From Mytilus californianus (taxonomy: Eukaryota): a DNA stretch of 64,000 nt. Below the pieces are notes generated by a model. That model had not been told where the DNA came from, made no database searches, and was given only the letters and a program-made list of their open reading frames with translations. A program made the translations under genes and the position numbers. Of this stretch, positions 11,801 through 24,395 are shown in pieces. Every line of letters starts with the position of its first letter. The first letter of the stretch is position 1. The DNA is taken from positions 101,060,001 to 101,124,000 of the forward strand of contig NW_026262679.1 in assembly GCF_021869535.1 (NCBI RefSeq), written 5' to 3'.

Positions 11801-14800
11801 AATCTTCTCCTCTGAAATACAGGTGAGCGATTCAGGCTCTTGAGAGCCACTTGTTTTTAAATTTCATCCTAGCCCCCCCCCCCCTCCCCCCATAAAAATC
11901 AAATGGTAGCTCCCCTAATTTTCATAGTTTATAAGTTCTGTGTCAAAACAAATGCTCAAAGCATTCTGGGATGGTACGTTGTATTTGATTAATAATTATC
12001 AATGATATATCTATATCAACCCCACGACAGACAAATTACATTTTTCTACATTGAGGTGGTGTTAAACTACTGTCATACAATTAGGAGGTTTAGTTACCTA
12101 TAAAACCAGGTTAAACACACATTTTTCTTCGGAAAATGTCTGTACCAAGTCAGGAATATGACAGTTGTTTTGCATTCGTTCTGTTGGTTGATAAAGTATA
12201 ATCATTGATTTTGTCAGTTTTTCTGGACTTCCCCTTTTTTGAATTACCTGAAAGTTCGGTAATTTTGTAATACTTTTTGTGCTGATATTCAAATAGATTT
12301 TCCTTAATTCAGGAGATGAATACCTAGTTCAGAAATCATAAAACGTTTGTACAAAACAAGTCATGCATGTGTGAGTGGTTTGTTAGGACAATACACTACT
12401 TATTTTCATGTGATATAAGTAGCATTTGCATATTATTAAAAATATCATCATTTTATCAAATGTCTGTCTTCCTAATCTAAATAACTTTTTTTTATCTAGA
12501 TGCATAATGTTCCACAAAACATAATAGTCAGGAACCCTTCTATAATCTGCTGAGGGAATATATTCTACACTGGACATGTCCTTCTATTCATAATCATATT
12601 TTCGTGAAAATACTAGGTTTATTTATGGTAAACTTGTGTTAATGATTTCCCTCGTCTACTGTTCTCAATATACAACACCTCCACGAACAATACACACTTT
12701 TAATTTTAGTGTGCTATTCAAACTTCGCGGCTTCAAAGCGCTAATGTTAAAGGCCTCGCTGATATTTTGAGATGAAGACCAATAATAAAAGCGCCGTTCC
12801 TTGCCTTTTTCGTGTACATATAGTGCTTCTGAGTCATATAAGATTATAAAAACACAATTATAATTTCTTTCACAAAGCTTCAATTAGTTGCTGACGCAAA
12901 CGAAATAGTCATTTACCCTGTCCACGATGGATCTCTAGTTAGCTGCACCAGCACATCACCTGGAAAACCAAACTCCTTTTTTGTAGGTTCGGCTAAAACG
13001 GTCGTGTAGTGGTTCAGTCCAAAAAAATCGAAGCTACCTAATGAGAAATTTCAGTCAATCTGTTAACAATTTGGGCAAAATAAAAGAACTTTAAATGTTA
13101 AAATGCATTATGTGTATTTGAATTTTGACTGTAACTACATTCTTTCTTTCTAATGTGCCATACAACTTAAATAAATGAAAAGTTTGTACGGTCGGTATTA
13201 CTAAAGATGAGGAAGTCAAACATTACCGTAAAAATATCGTGACGTATTTCAACTTAAAACAATGTTTATTGCATGCGAAGCATGGTGAGAGTTTGTTTCA
13301 AGCTTTAGTGTTTGTTTATATCTTTTATTGTTTGACAAATACATGCTTCAATACTCCCGCCTCTAAGACTAAGGGTTACTAGGGAAAGGAAATATGATCA
13401 CTTTGGTCTTCTTCCGACCAGCAGTTAAACCCTTGCCAAAGTGGGAAGTCAGTTTTTGCTGTGCCGGATGTACATGTACGCAGCCACTTCCGGTCAGAAT
13501 GGGGATATTAAATCCTATGCCTCGCGTTAAGAGAGTGCCACGTTAGAAAACCCTTGCAACAACTGTTTGAGGGGTTCATATGAAACCTGTTGCAAGGCAA
13601 AGGTTCTGTCCCTATCTAATACACCCTTATTTTTTAAGTGCAGTTCAAATTTTCCCGACCTTTATCCCGGACGGCCTCTATTACTGGGCCTAACTGAAGT
13701 ATTTATTGGTAATTTGTTCCCGTCCGGAACAAACATGAAATATTTGCCACTGGACGTTAAGCAAATATTAATCAATTAATCAAGATTTGCTCTAAAAGCT
13801 TTAGTTTTTGAGATATAAGCCAAAAACTGCATTTGACCCTTATGTTCTATTTTTAGCCATGTCGGCCATGTTTGTCGATGGATCAAAAGTTCGGATACAA
13901 TTTATAAACTAGATACCCTAAGGAACATTTAGTTAAAGTTTGAAGGTATTTGGCCCAGTAGTTTCAGAGGAGAAGATTTTTGAAATAGTTTACGACGACA
14001 GACGACGACGGACGCCAAGTGATGGCATAAGCTCACATGGGGCCCCATCGGGCCCCGGTGAGCTAATTATGTCTATGAGCCAACTTTCAGCCAATCAGAA
14101 GACGTGTTACATCCAAATTAAATTATTCTTTTTAATAGATTTTAAGTTTTTTTTTAAAAGTGTTTGCAAACCATATCCAGAGCCTCAGTTATGATTAAAA
14201 AAATCTTACAAGTTGCTCAGATTAGAATCATCTACGTTTCAAAAGTACATGCATAATTAAAAGACGACAAACCTTTATTGAGTGCAATTTCCTGTGGGGT
14301 GAACTTAGGCAAACGATCACCAATGTTGTCCTTCATAACATTAGGATAATCACCATCTTTGTATATAGGATGAGCAAACCAACCAAGCATGAACTGTTGT
14401 CCACGCTCTGCAGCATCTATGTGTTCTTGATTACTTTCATTTTTAGGGTGCATAGTATCAGAATTCATCGTAATTCCCACAATACCTACACGAGATATAT
14501 ATATTTGATTCTACAAATTTTGATGATTACCTCAGCATTTTGTCGCAAATCATCTCAATATGTTCCCCCTAAAAGTGTGAATTAAGAGGGAGGAAGGTTT
14601 TAAATGCACATAAAAATCTTGCAGTTTGATTAACATATGAAAAAAGAATGCGAATGCGTATCTAAATACATTTGGGATAATCAAGGGAGATGTTTAAAGG
14701 AGATTAATTATACGTACCATGAAATGTCCAATAAAAAGGAAGTACAATGTATATAACAATAGAAAGGGGTCATTAATTTGTTACAGAAGGGTCGGAACGT

Positions 14801-17800
14801 GAAAATAATTGTTGGTTTCGATTAAAGATAAGAAGAAAATAAATTGAATAATGTGTTAAAAAAATGTTGTTTCTGTATGTTATTGAAAAAAAATATTAAA
14901 GGGGAAACAAAAATTTCCCGAGCGAAAAAAAACCATGCCTCCTCCCCATAAAAAAATGAATGGTCGGTTCCCGAACTATCTTTAATTTGGTTACAATTTA
15001 TATAAAACTTATATGATGTGGTTACTAAATAAAATTATGATTGCCAATTGGACGGCTCTCCACCAGAGGCCAAATGACGTAGAAGTTAACAATAGTTCAT
15101 ATAGTCTAACTGAACCCTCGATTTTGGAGATCGCGTGAGGCGGTAATTTTGAAAATTACTGGTACATAAGGATCAACCTATTTCCTAAATATATATTCTA
15201 AATTCTGAGTATCACAACTTATCTTTATTCTGTTTATAAGAACGCGTAAAAAGCAGTATTGAAACTAACTATTACAAATACTTAACTGATTTAAATACAC
15301 AACTCCCTTTAACCAGATCTACCCCATTAAAGTTTAACTATATAGATAAGATTTGTCTCAAAATTAACTCATTTAAAACTGATATTTGTAAAACTACGAT
15401 ACCTTTCTGTGTAGTTTTATACCGCTGCTTGTATGTATCATATGCTTTTGCATGTGACTTGATAATGTGATGACCACATCTGTACGGTGTTACAGAAGGT
15501 TCTTTGATACCGGGTGCATATTCCGCAGAACCGTGTCCCATCCAGCAGATTACCCAGGGTTCATTAAACGTGATCCAATATTTAACCTGTTTAAAGTATA
15601 AGTTTTGATGAGCTATTTTTAATAGAGGTCGGTCATTTAAAAACGTATCAACCGTATCATATACGTTGACGTATACGCATCTGCAGATATACCAAAAACT
15701 ATTAAGTGATCCCGAGCTTAAGACTATTATACGTTTTCCCTCTGTCCCTCTGGTATCTTTCGTCCCTCTTTTCCAACAATTAAGTCAGCTACACAATTAA
15801 ATACTAGCATTAGAAATTAATCAGTTGCCCATCTGCATTATTGAAAGTATATACAATTAAAGCTCGGGATCAAATAATGTTTTTTGGTAAATCTGCAGAT
15901 GCGTATACGTCAAAGTATATGATACGGTTGATACGTCTTTAAATGACCGACCTCTAATTGCATGTACCTTTCTGGAACGTATAAGTATATATATTTACTA
16001 GGATATGCCTGTTTGGCAATCAACTTTGTCTACTAACAGTTAACTCACGTATCAAGTTTTCTTTCAGATAAACTTTCAATGAAAATTTACTCTCAAGGTA
16101 ACCATTTCTGAAATGTCCTATTTCCACGTGTAATCATTAATAATCTTATTTGTGCTTAGTAGAACAGAAACTGCTTAATACCTTTATTGAACACTTGAGT
16201 TGTCTTCAGATTTATGATTTTTTTTTAACCTCACAACATGCGTAAAGTGAAATACTCAAACATTATTTATACATGTATGTATAATAAACAAACGGAATCA
16301 GATTTGATATATAAATTAACAATACATGACGTACCCTGTCGCCAAATGTTTTAAATGCTGCGTCTGCATAGTCATTGTAATAATCTACTATTACAGAGCT
16401 ATTCCATCCTCCAATCTGCTCTTGAAGACTTTGTGGTAAATCCCAGTGATAGAGTGTCACCAAAGGTTTAATGTTGTACTTAATTAATTCGTTGATAACA
16501 TTATTATAGTAATCGACACCAGGTTGATTTAGGCTTTTGTTTCTATCAGTTCTATATGCTATTGGATCTGGAATAATTCGTGTCCAGGCTATTGAAAATC
16601 GGTAAAAGTCAACCTGTAAGAATAATTGTCAAATATGAAGTATTTTCTTTTATTCTTTGTGCAGTTAAACCGCAATGCGAATCAAAAAAGGAGACCAGGA
16701 GAAGACTGAAAACGATTATAGATGGAACGGTAGTATTTCCTGGGACATATGATCATAGTTACAGCCTTTTCAGAATTGTCCGACCACTTTCTACATGTAA
16801 CACCGATACAGAACCTACATACACATTTACCTGAAGTACTTTAATTATAATATTCAGAAGTAAATGTGAATATGTTTGATGACCATTTACTTTTTCTGCT
16901 ATTTTTATAAACCTTAGACCGCGAGTGCTTTGCGGCCTTTTATCATGAAGTTAATACAACATTTATAACTATTCCCGAAAATCATTTCCACCTGTATGTA
17001 AAATTATTTCTTATTTTTCTACACCTGATTCGTCCCTCAGCTTAGAAAATATGTGCAGAAGATGCAGTAATTTTTGTCCGACCACAGTGTTCAGATATAT
17101 ATATATAATATTCGTACAGTGTAGGAAAATATAAAATTTATTTGACGAGCTTTAGAAACAGAGAGAATAGCGACATGGCTTTAACGCGGACCGCAATGAG
17201 GACTCCAAATTGAACTGTGATGTAAACAGTTATTTGACATAACCGTTCGCTCGCAACAGAAGCAGGATACCAGGAGACTATAAACGTCTAGTATACGTTT
17301 ATCGCTTCGTGTTATCTGTACACCTGTATTAGTATAGTAGAAAAGTCGATTGCAGGATAAAAAGGACAAAAGAGCAACCTAGTTTCCTGAACGTAAATAC
17401 TACCGTCCCACCTACACATGTTTAACCAAATTCAAACATATTGTACAAGCAAGTCTGATAAAATATCCTTACTACTACATGTAATTATATAAGTTAAGGC
17501 TGAAACAAATGAAAATTGTTCAAAAATGTCTTTTTTTCTAAAGTCTCGCGGTCAGTATTACAAGTTTTATTTGGTTGTCTTCGTCATAGCGGTTAACGGG
17601 AAATAACTTACTAACTTAAATTCTTTCAATGGAAGTCTATCATTAAATAAGTAGAACTTGCCCCAAGACTTTTGATCAGTTGAATATCCTCCATATATTT
17701 ATGATAACTGTCACATGCAATATCTCCTGTATCATTATGCCAGTTTTTATTGTCATGACTAAATCTGTCCCATATATGTTCTGATTTTCCTGTAGATATA

Positions 17801-19319
17801 CACGAATAATGGAGATGTTTGGATATACATTGACACAGCACTCCAATAATAAAAAAAAAATTAAACCATTATAACTAAAACATAAACGTTCATATGGTTA
17901 CGGTATACTTGCTACTATCATATACGGTTTTCTAAATACAGACTAAAAGTCTTATCAACCGGATTAAAGTTGCTTAATTGTCTATAGTACGGTTCAAAAT
18001 GTCACATTGCTTTGTTTTATCTTGATACTTTTGTTGTACATATGTTTTGTCATGTTGTTAACGTGTTTACTGGCGGAACTTTTCAAGAAAGTCGTACAAA
18101 AGGATAGCTTCGTCCCATTAGAATTAAAAATAAAGATGTGGTATGATTGCCTGTGAGACAACTCTCCACCAGTGACCAAAATGACGTAGATTTAATCAGC
18201 TATAGGTCACCGTACGGCCTTCAACAATGAAGAAAACCAATACCCCATATAGGAAACTGGAGGACTCGAGACAGACGCATACAGAATGCCGCCGGGTTAA
18301 AAATGTAAGCGTGCTCCCAACCCAGGTGCGGATCCATGTTTTTGAAAAAGGGGGCTCCCTGCCAAGCCAACGTTTGGAGTGATACTTGTAAAACGTCTAT
18401 GCATTTATCATATATGAAGCTCCATAAAGGGACACCGGGCCTCCTTGGCCCCCTCCCTAATACGTCTCTTCTGAACACTCCCCTAACATGGTTTAATCCA
18501 GTTTCTACCTTTAGAAAGTTGATGTACAAAGTGAGATATGTTACTTTTTTTCAAATGTCAAATCTTGCTTGTTTTCTTTAAAATGATCAAATTCGCTCCC
18601 TCGTGGTTGAAGATAGAACGATATCTGCACGTTAAATGACCATGTGTAGATGATTGATTACTTGATTGGTGTTTAACGCCACTTTCAGCACTATTGTGCT
18701 ATTTCGTGGCGGTATTTTTATTTGAGAAAGCCGGAGAGAACCACCGACCTTCGGTAGAAAAACTGACAATCCCAGTCAATTAAGATTGGAGTCGAGCGCA
18801 CCTGCCACGTTCGGGATTCGACATAATAACCTCAGTGTTGACAGGCTATTGATACAGTAGTCCTACTACTTAGACCAAGGCCCCTCCGTGTGTAGATGTC
18901 TTTCACTTTACAGTATGCCTTCATTTTAGGTGGCAACAAGATTCCCGCCCTTCAATCTCGAAGAAGCCACTTTACAGAGCCTATTTGTTTTGATAAATAT
19001 GTTCTACATCTGTCAGTCAATTCAAATAAACAAAAGAAAGAGTGATGAAATTATATAACCGGGACACATTAGATATATATACATATATATACTAGTATTC
19101 CCAAACTTCAAGATTTTTCTCCAACACATTCATTTTGATTAGAGCAATATAAATGATAAAGATACCTCCTTCATTCCACGCGCCTTCTATCTGGTAGGAT
19201 GAAGTTGCCACACCCCAGAGAAAGTCATTCGGAAAAGTATCATAATAAAAATCATCTGAGCCGATCACTATATGATATCCATTAAAAGTCAGCAGTAATA
19301 ACCCAAGGAATATTTCCAT
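8830..19319 (-). CDS. Glycoside hydrolase family 1 beta-glucosidase (lactase-phlorizin/LCTL-like, single domain), about 512 aa, 8 exons
   Basis: Exons 19319-19166, 17789-17662, 16613-16335, 15586-15403, 14485-14273, 13037-12917, 9835-9651 and 9104-8830. All phases join and total 1539 nt. Motifs: [43 protein letters not shown] (acid/base), [16 protein letters not shown] (nucleophile), LLDTFEW. N-terminal signal peptide and C-terminal hydrophobic tail. All introns are GT-AG except intron 2 (GC-AG). Confidence 0.95.
10424..11918. mobile_element. Tourist/PIF-like MITE (TIR GGGAGCTACCA.TTGATTTT...GCTAGGATGAAA) expanded by a nested HINE
   Basis: Left end ttagggagctaccaattgattttaatgagggggctaggatgaaa; right end tttcatcctagccccc...aaaatcaaatggtagctcccctaa. 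Half-copies at 21069-21187 and 22989-23059. Confidence 0.8.
10660..11853 (+). mobile_element. HINE (Helentron-associated interspersed element) with two internal tandem units of about 500 bp
   Basis: 5' tagctcacc-hairpin-gtgagc, a (GTC/GTCT)n microsatellite, units starting aaaatcttctcctc at about 10800 and 11300, 3' caggtgagcg subTIR and an aggctcttgagagcc hairpin. Inserted in a T-run without a TSD. Confidence 0.85.
13405..13782 (+). mobile_element. SINE-like repeat (body plus gccactggacgttaagcaa...(AATC)-type tail)
   Basis: The same tail recurs at about 5740-5815 (-), 35010-35045 (+) and 49640-49690 (-); the body resembles 7370-7490. Confidence 0.55.
13785..14066 (-). mobile_element. HINE 5' fragment, same subfamily as 10660 and 57553
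   Basis: gacgacagacgacgacggacgccaagtgatggcataagctcacatggggcccc...ccccggtgagctaa. Confidence 0.85.
15625..15954. mobile_element. MITE with about 95-bp TIRs and a TA target duplication (Tc1/mariner-type), in GH1 intron 3
   Basis: TA|GAGGTCGGTCATTTAAA...TTTAAATGACCGACCTC|TA. Confidence 0.85.
18135..18320 (+). repeat. Abundant interspersed repeat (agatgtggtatgattgccaatgagacaactctccac...ggccttcaacaatga family)
   Basis: Further copies at about 27835, 34130-34560(-), 37330-37900(-), 40540, 41280, 46240, 52900 and 55820. Confidence 0.8.
18652..18884 (-). mobile_element. tRNA-derived SINE (bivalve Meta-SINE-like)
   Basis: Minus strand shows a tRNA-like head (ggggccttggtctaagtagt...tcgaatcccg) and a gctgaaagtggcgttaaacacc(aatc)n tail. 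Partial second copy at 40840-40925. Confidence 0.65.
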
Positions 19320-19550
19320 AGTTCTTGTACCACCAAATGGGAAGATGATAAATATGTTGTCACTTAGACTGGTTTAGTATCTCACACATTTCAAAATAAC
19401 TGCGTTGTTTAATGTTATGTTTGCATATGACTCTGTAACTAAATCATTGTGTACTTGTTTGATTAAGTAGATGCACACTTAATACTAAATTAGTCCGGTA
19501 TAATCCATGGCTAGCATTAAACCGTTATCAAGATACAAAAAATTCACAGC

Positions 19551-19553
<3 letters not shown>

Positions 19554-19586
<33 letters not shown>
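19554..19586. repeat. (TC)~16 microsatellite about 235 bp upstream of the GH1 start codon
   Basis: Read directly from the sequence. Confidence 0.95.
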
Positions 19587-19588
<2 letters not shown>

Positions 19589-21253
19589 ATCTGTTTACTG
19601 TAAAAAAATTATTATTAAAATCCATAGATTTAATATTTATAATTAAAATACATTTTTAATGCATCTAATTTGACTAATTTAAAAAATCTGAATTGTGTTG
19701 CAATTTTCTTTTTTCTTTTGAAAATTGGGAAAGAACATTAAATGTTTTGTAATCGGCTGAGGTAATCGGGCTAATTTCAAAACTTTAAATTAACATACAA
19801 TATACAAATATTTTACACATAACAATCTAGTATGGTACTAAATGATTTGACATTTATGTACATGTACACTATACGTGACTTTCCTGTCTTTCCTTTGCTC
19901 ATGATCAGTTCATATCTCTATCTGCCTCTCGCTACTTATTTGCTTTGGCCATATATTTTTCCATTGACTGCTTAGTCTTTCTTGGAGAAACTTTGCATTC
20001 CCTTTATAATCCTTTCAAAGCCAAAATATGCATGATGCATAATGACGGTTGTGTAAAGCTCCCCTCCCAAGCATGAGATGTCTTCGTAACGAAAGACCCA
20101 GATTTTCGCCATGAAACTACTTCTCAAACATTTGGAAGGTTCCTTTTCACAGACACATCTATGTATTGTTTAAAGATTGCACCTTGTCCTTTAGTGGTCC
20201 TTTGGGTTTTTTATGTTGTGTTGCTATCTCATTGACGTAAAGTCCACATTTTCTTATATTTGTATAGGAAATAGAGTAGAAGAACTTTGACATTAACGCG
20301 TTTCCCACAAAATGATGGCACCGAGTACATCTGACATTTAAGCCATATATAATAGTTTGAATTTTGGTTCCATAATGATCTGATAAACATGTACCTTACT
20401 CGACAGCATATACCATTTGACGACTAATCATTTTGGAAATAAAATTAGATCGAGAACATAATTTTACTATAAGAGGAGCTATTACGCAGTACTTCAGCCC
20501 TACCATGAACATATATATATTGTTTTATCTAAACTTGCTGTTATTAAAGTTCAAAATCATCTTAAATTAAGGAATGTATCTCCCTCATGCATAGCTCGGA
20601 TTCCTTGTCCAGGTCGACTTTTTGTTTGGTCCTTTTTGGTTTAATCAGCTCTTTAACGTTTGTATTAGGTTTTTGACTTTTAAATATTTTGGCCATGAGC
20701 ATCACTGAAGAAATATTAATTGTCGATGGCGCATCTGGTGCTGTAAAATTGGTTCAGTTAATGATATTCGAAAGTTCGAGGGACACAAACATGATTTGTT
20801 GGATTGTTATGGATCTCTATGTTTCTCTTGTAGTCAGAATCCCGTCCTCGTTTCCTCGATTGTGACATCACATATTGCGTCTTTCACCTTATTTTTTGGA
20901 ACTTGCAATGATCACCCGAAACTAATAAATTAAACAGAGACTGGCAAAATCATGGCAAAACACGAAAAACGACGACGTCTACAAAACTGCATAAAAATCT
21001 AAAGACTGACCAACACAATCCCCAACCCAAAACAGGGGGTGTAGGCATGATCCTGCTCTACATGTGGTGTCCTGCCTTTTTTTTTTACTCAAAACTCCTG
21101 TCCTGTCTTTTTTTCAAATTTCATCCTAGCCCTCCCCCCTCCCCCCCCCCCCCCCCCCCCATAAAAATCAAATGGTAGCTCCCTAAGATTCCTTTTCGAC
21201 TGGGAATCGAATGAAATAGGTCTACATTGTATATCCAGTTTTTTTGTATATAT

Positions 21254-21402
21254 AGACAATAATAGTGCATTGACTTGACATATCAACGATATAAGGATGA
21301 GGCTTAGAAACGGGGAAATGCGAGGCTCTGCCGAGCTTTTTCCCCGTTTCGGGCCGAATCCTTATATCGTTGATATGTCAAGTCAATGCACTATTATTGT
21401 CT
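21254..21402. mobile_element. Foldback mini-element (hairpin)
   Basis: 45-bp perfect arms (agacaataatagtgcattgacttgacatatcaacgatataaggat), inner arms gaaacggggaaa/tttccccgtttc, and a central cgaggctctgccgag. Confidence 0.85.
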
Positions 21403-22050
21403 TTATACTGCAATCTAGAAAAAAACATTTTCAATTGTTGTTTAATGTGTAAATGTTTTTTATTTGATTTAAATATTGGGAAAAATCCCCCTTTGAAAAG
21501 GCCTCATACCGGTATCAGGCGGAGAAATAGACAACGCAATGAAATGTACATTACCTGTTGAAACCCGCAATCGATGGTGAACGAATTCAATTCGTTTGAG
21601 TATGGACTAAAATATCAACAATAAGCATAAAACATAATGATTTATAGTTTCAAACAAAAAATATTAACAAGTGAAATATGTTTTTCCAAAAATTGCAAAA
21701 GAAATAAGTTTGGGTCGTTCCACGCTTCATTGTATTCATTGGAAACAAGAACAGGTTGAAGAGGTCGTATGAATAATTAGATATAGTTCCGGCAACTTCT
21801 ATTTAAATATTCATGAGGAAAAGTGATATCGGGTCAGTGACTGTATATGACATAGAAATATACAGTCAACGCATTTTGACTGCTCAAATAGAACGAGTGC
21901 AGTATAAATTTTAGAACAGTGTTAATGTATAGACTATAACTAATTGTGCGCATATATTATCACCTAGAAACTGTAAACATTTGTCGTTATACATAGGATT
22001 AAAAAAAAACTAAATTCAGGATAGTTTACAATAATATTTAATTATTCCAA

Positions 22051-22140
22051 TCTAATTAAAATATAGATCTCGGATTTCGTTATACTACTACGTTAACGTA
22101 GTATAACGAAATCCGAGATCTATATTTTATTTTAATTAGA
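22051..22140. repeat. Near-perfect palindrome (31-bp perfect arms, 9-nt loop)
   Basis: aaaatatagatctcggatttcgttatactac-tacgttaac-gtagtataacgaaatccgagatctatatttt. Confidence 0.9.
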
Positions 22141-24395
22141 TTGAAATCATTCAAATCATTCAAGTTTAACCCTATCGGGAAGACAAAACTTACTCAACCG
22201 TCCAGTGGCACCAACATTGTGTTACTGTTAAACAAAATTGGAGTCAGAACCGCTATACCATATACATCAATAGAATGTAATCGATTTATGGAAAATTGTC
22301 TTTTATTCTACTATATGTACATAAATATTTGTATTAGATCGGAGCGGAAAAGTGTAACATAGCATGTGTAAATGTTGCACTTTATAATATATGAACACTA
22401 TAACCCCGTTATCAGACAAACGATAATGCCAGATGACAATTACATAGCCTTGAAGATGAACACACAGATTGTTCTACATTAGTATCAATTAGGAAGCCAT
22501 GATCTTAATTAACATACATGCACATATATTAGTTTCCAGATCCTTAATCGATTTTCAATAAAATTATTATTTATTTCAGAAGTGCCACATAGCATGTGTT
22601 TGTCCTGCAGAACAACTAGTTTAAACAATACTGTTTAAGGACCACACTATGACCACCAATATGTTATACAGCTAATATTAAGAAACATTTGTGCTTCTGG
22701 GTTAACTTTGTTTTACACCTCTCTCGTCTGCATCGAGACATTAAGAGTTATATGAATATTTGTTTAGAAAAAATTATTACGTCACATGGTATAATAAGGT
22801 GCTGTAACGACCAGATTTTTTTTAGATTTCAACTGATGTCAGGAGAGAAAATTGCCAAGCCAAGAAGGATGCAGGTGAGTGGCTCATTTTTTATTGTTTT
22901 AAATTTGTTTCACCTTCAAGATTTGGCAACAAAAAAACTGGATATACAATGTAGACCTATTTCATTCGATTCCCAGTCGAAAAGGAATCTTAGGGAGCTA
23001 CCATTTGATTTTTATGGGGGGGGGGGGAGGGCTAGGATGAAATTTGAAAAAAGACAGGTTTGTCAAATGTAAATTTGACACGGGGTTAGCTCAAATCATT
23101 CCTTCCTTTGACGAAACTCAATTGAAATTAATAAAAGAACGAATGATATTGAAAAATAAATTATTTACTTTACAGTTTTCCTTTTTTTTTTCTTTGTACT
23201 ATTATGCTCGTTTTGGTCGTATGACTCTTGACGTGACTCGGTATTTGTGCTTTGGGTGTTCTGTAGGGATTGGTCCAGCGGTGCGATTCGGATGCTTTTA
23301 TAGTGATGTTTTAATTTTTTTTACCCTTGTATTTATATTTTTTAAATTTGTACTTTATCAGGAAAGTGTATATGTCATTATGTTTAACTATACTGTATGT
23401 TCTATCAACTACAAACACTTTTTTGTTGCCTTCTTTGTTAGATTTATTTGTATATTTGTTTGAATGTTTTAGTCAGTTGTGTTGTGTCTGTGGTGTATGT
23501 TTACAGAGTTTTGGCTGCTGGATCCCAACTAGTGTCACGTTAACCAATTATGTCTGTTTGGGTTACTCATCCATTTTTGTAAATACAACGGAACTATATA
23601 CAATTTTCATACTAGTGGGAGCTTTAGCTAGCTATATAGATCTAGGTTTTACCTACTATTTTCTTCGGAAAGTGCCTGTACCAAGTGAGTAATATGAAAG
23701 TTGTGTTCCATTCGTTCCGTTGGTTGATGTAGTCTAGTGTTTATTTTTGTCAGGTTTTATGGACTTCAACTTTGTTGAATTTACCTTAAGTTCTGTATTT
23801 TAGTTAATACTTCAGTTTTTCACACTTGAAGGAGTGGTAGACTCTGTACATTAACACCGTGTAGAACGCCACATGTTTGACACGGGGTTGCGGTTTTGAA
23901 GCGGAGAAAAAGCGATCAAGGTAAGTAAAAGTATCAAAATTTCTTTTTTGAGAATTGTTAGCACAAAATAATGTATTGCACGGAAGGAACCGAACCATTA
24001 TCAACCATAATCTATTTCCAGCAAGCAGAAGCAAATGTTTCCAGTGCTTCGTTTTCTCAAACACCTCTCTCCAGTTTTCCGTGTTGACGATTTTGAGACT
24101 TCATATGCAAGTTTCAGGATAAAAAACTACTTTTTGCGATTTTTTCCCCGTTCTATACACGGCGATTAAGTAATTTTAAACACTATATTTAAGTTATGTC
24201 GCAAGACCGGACTTCTCTTAAAAGAAATACCGGACACTCCATTTACTGTTTAAATATATAGGACTACGTACAAACCTTTAACTTATAAATACCGAAACTG
24301 CAAATTTTATAAGCAGAATAAGTTTTAATGTAAAAGCAATCTTTTTGTCATTTTCATGAATCATCTTAATCATAATATACAGACAACCTAAGATT

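Larger units (their letters stand above)
21096..23059. repeat. Inverted duplication: arms of about 130-150 bp (21096-21246 / 22930-23059) 1.7 kb apart
   Basis: Each arm is a MITE end plus about 60 bp of non-MITE flank (attccttttcgactgggaatcgaatgaaataggtctacattgtatatccagttttttt); arms differ mainly in G/C-run length. Confidence 0.9.

Noticed and set aside
18323-18473. Possible fourth GGCGGATCC MITE
   Set aside because: The right TIR is degraded and there is no clean TSD, so it was not counted as 5-bp TSD evidence.
18780-18884. tRNA gene
   Set aside because: It is only a degenerate tRNA-like SINE head; I cannot fold a cloverleaf.
8830-19319. Klotho-like catalytically dead GH1 or pseudogene
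   Set aside because: Both catalytic Glu motifs are intact and the spliced frame is open throughout.
21089-23072. Identical peptide [31 protein letters not shown] in two ORFs on opposite strands
   Set aside because: This is a by-product of the inverted DNA duplication, not a gene pair.
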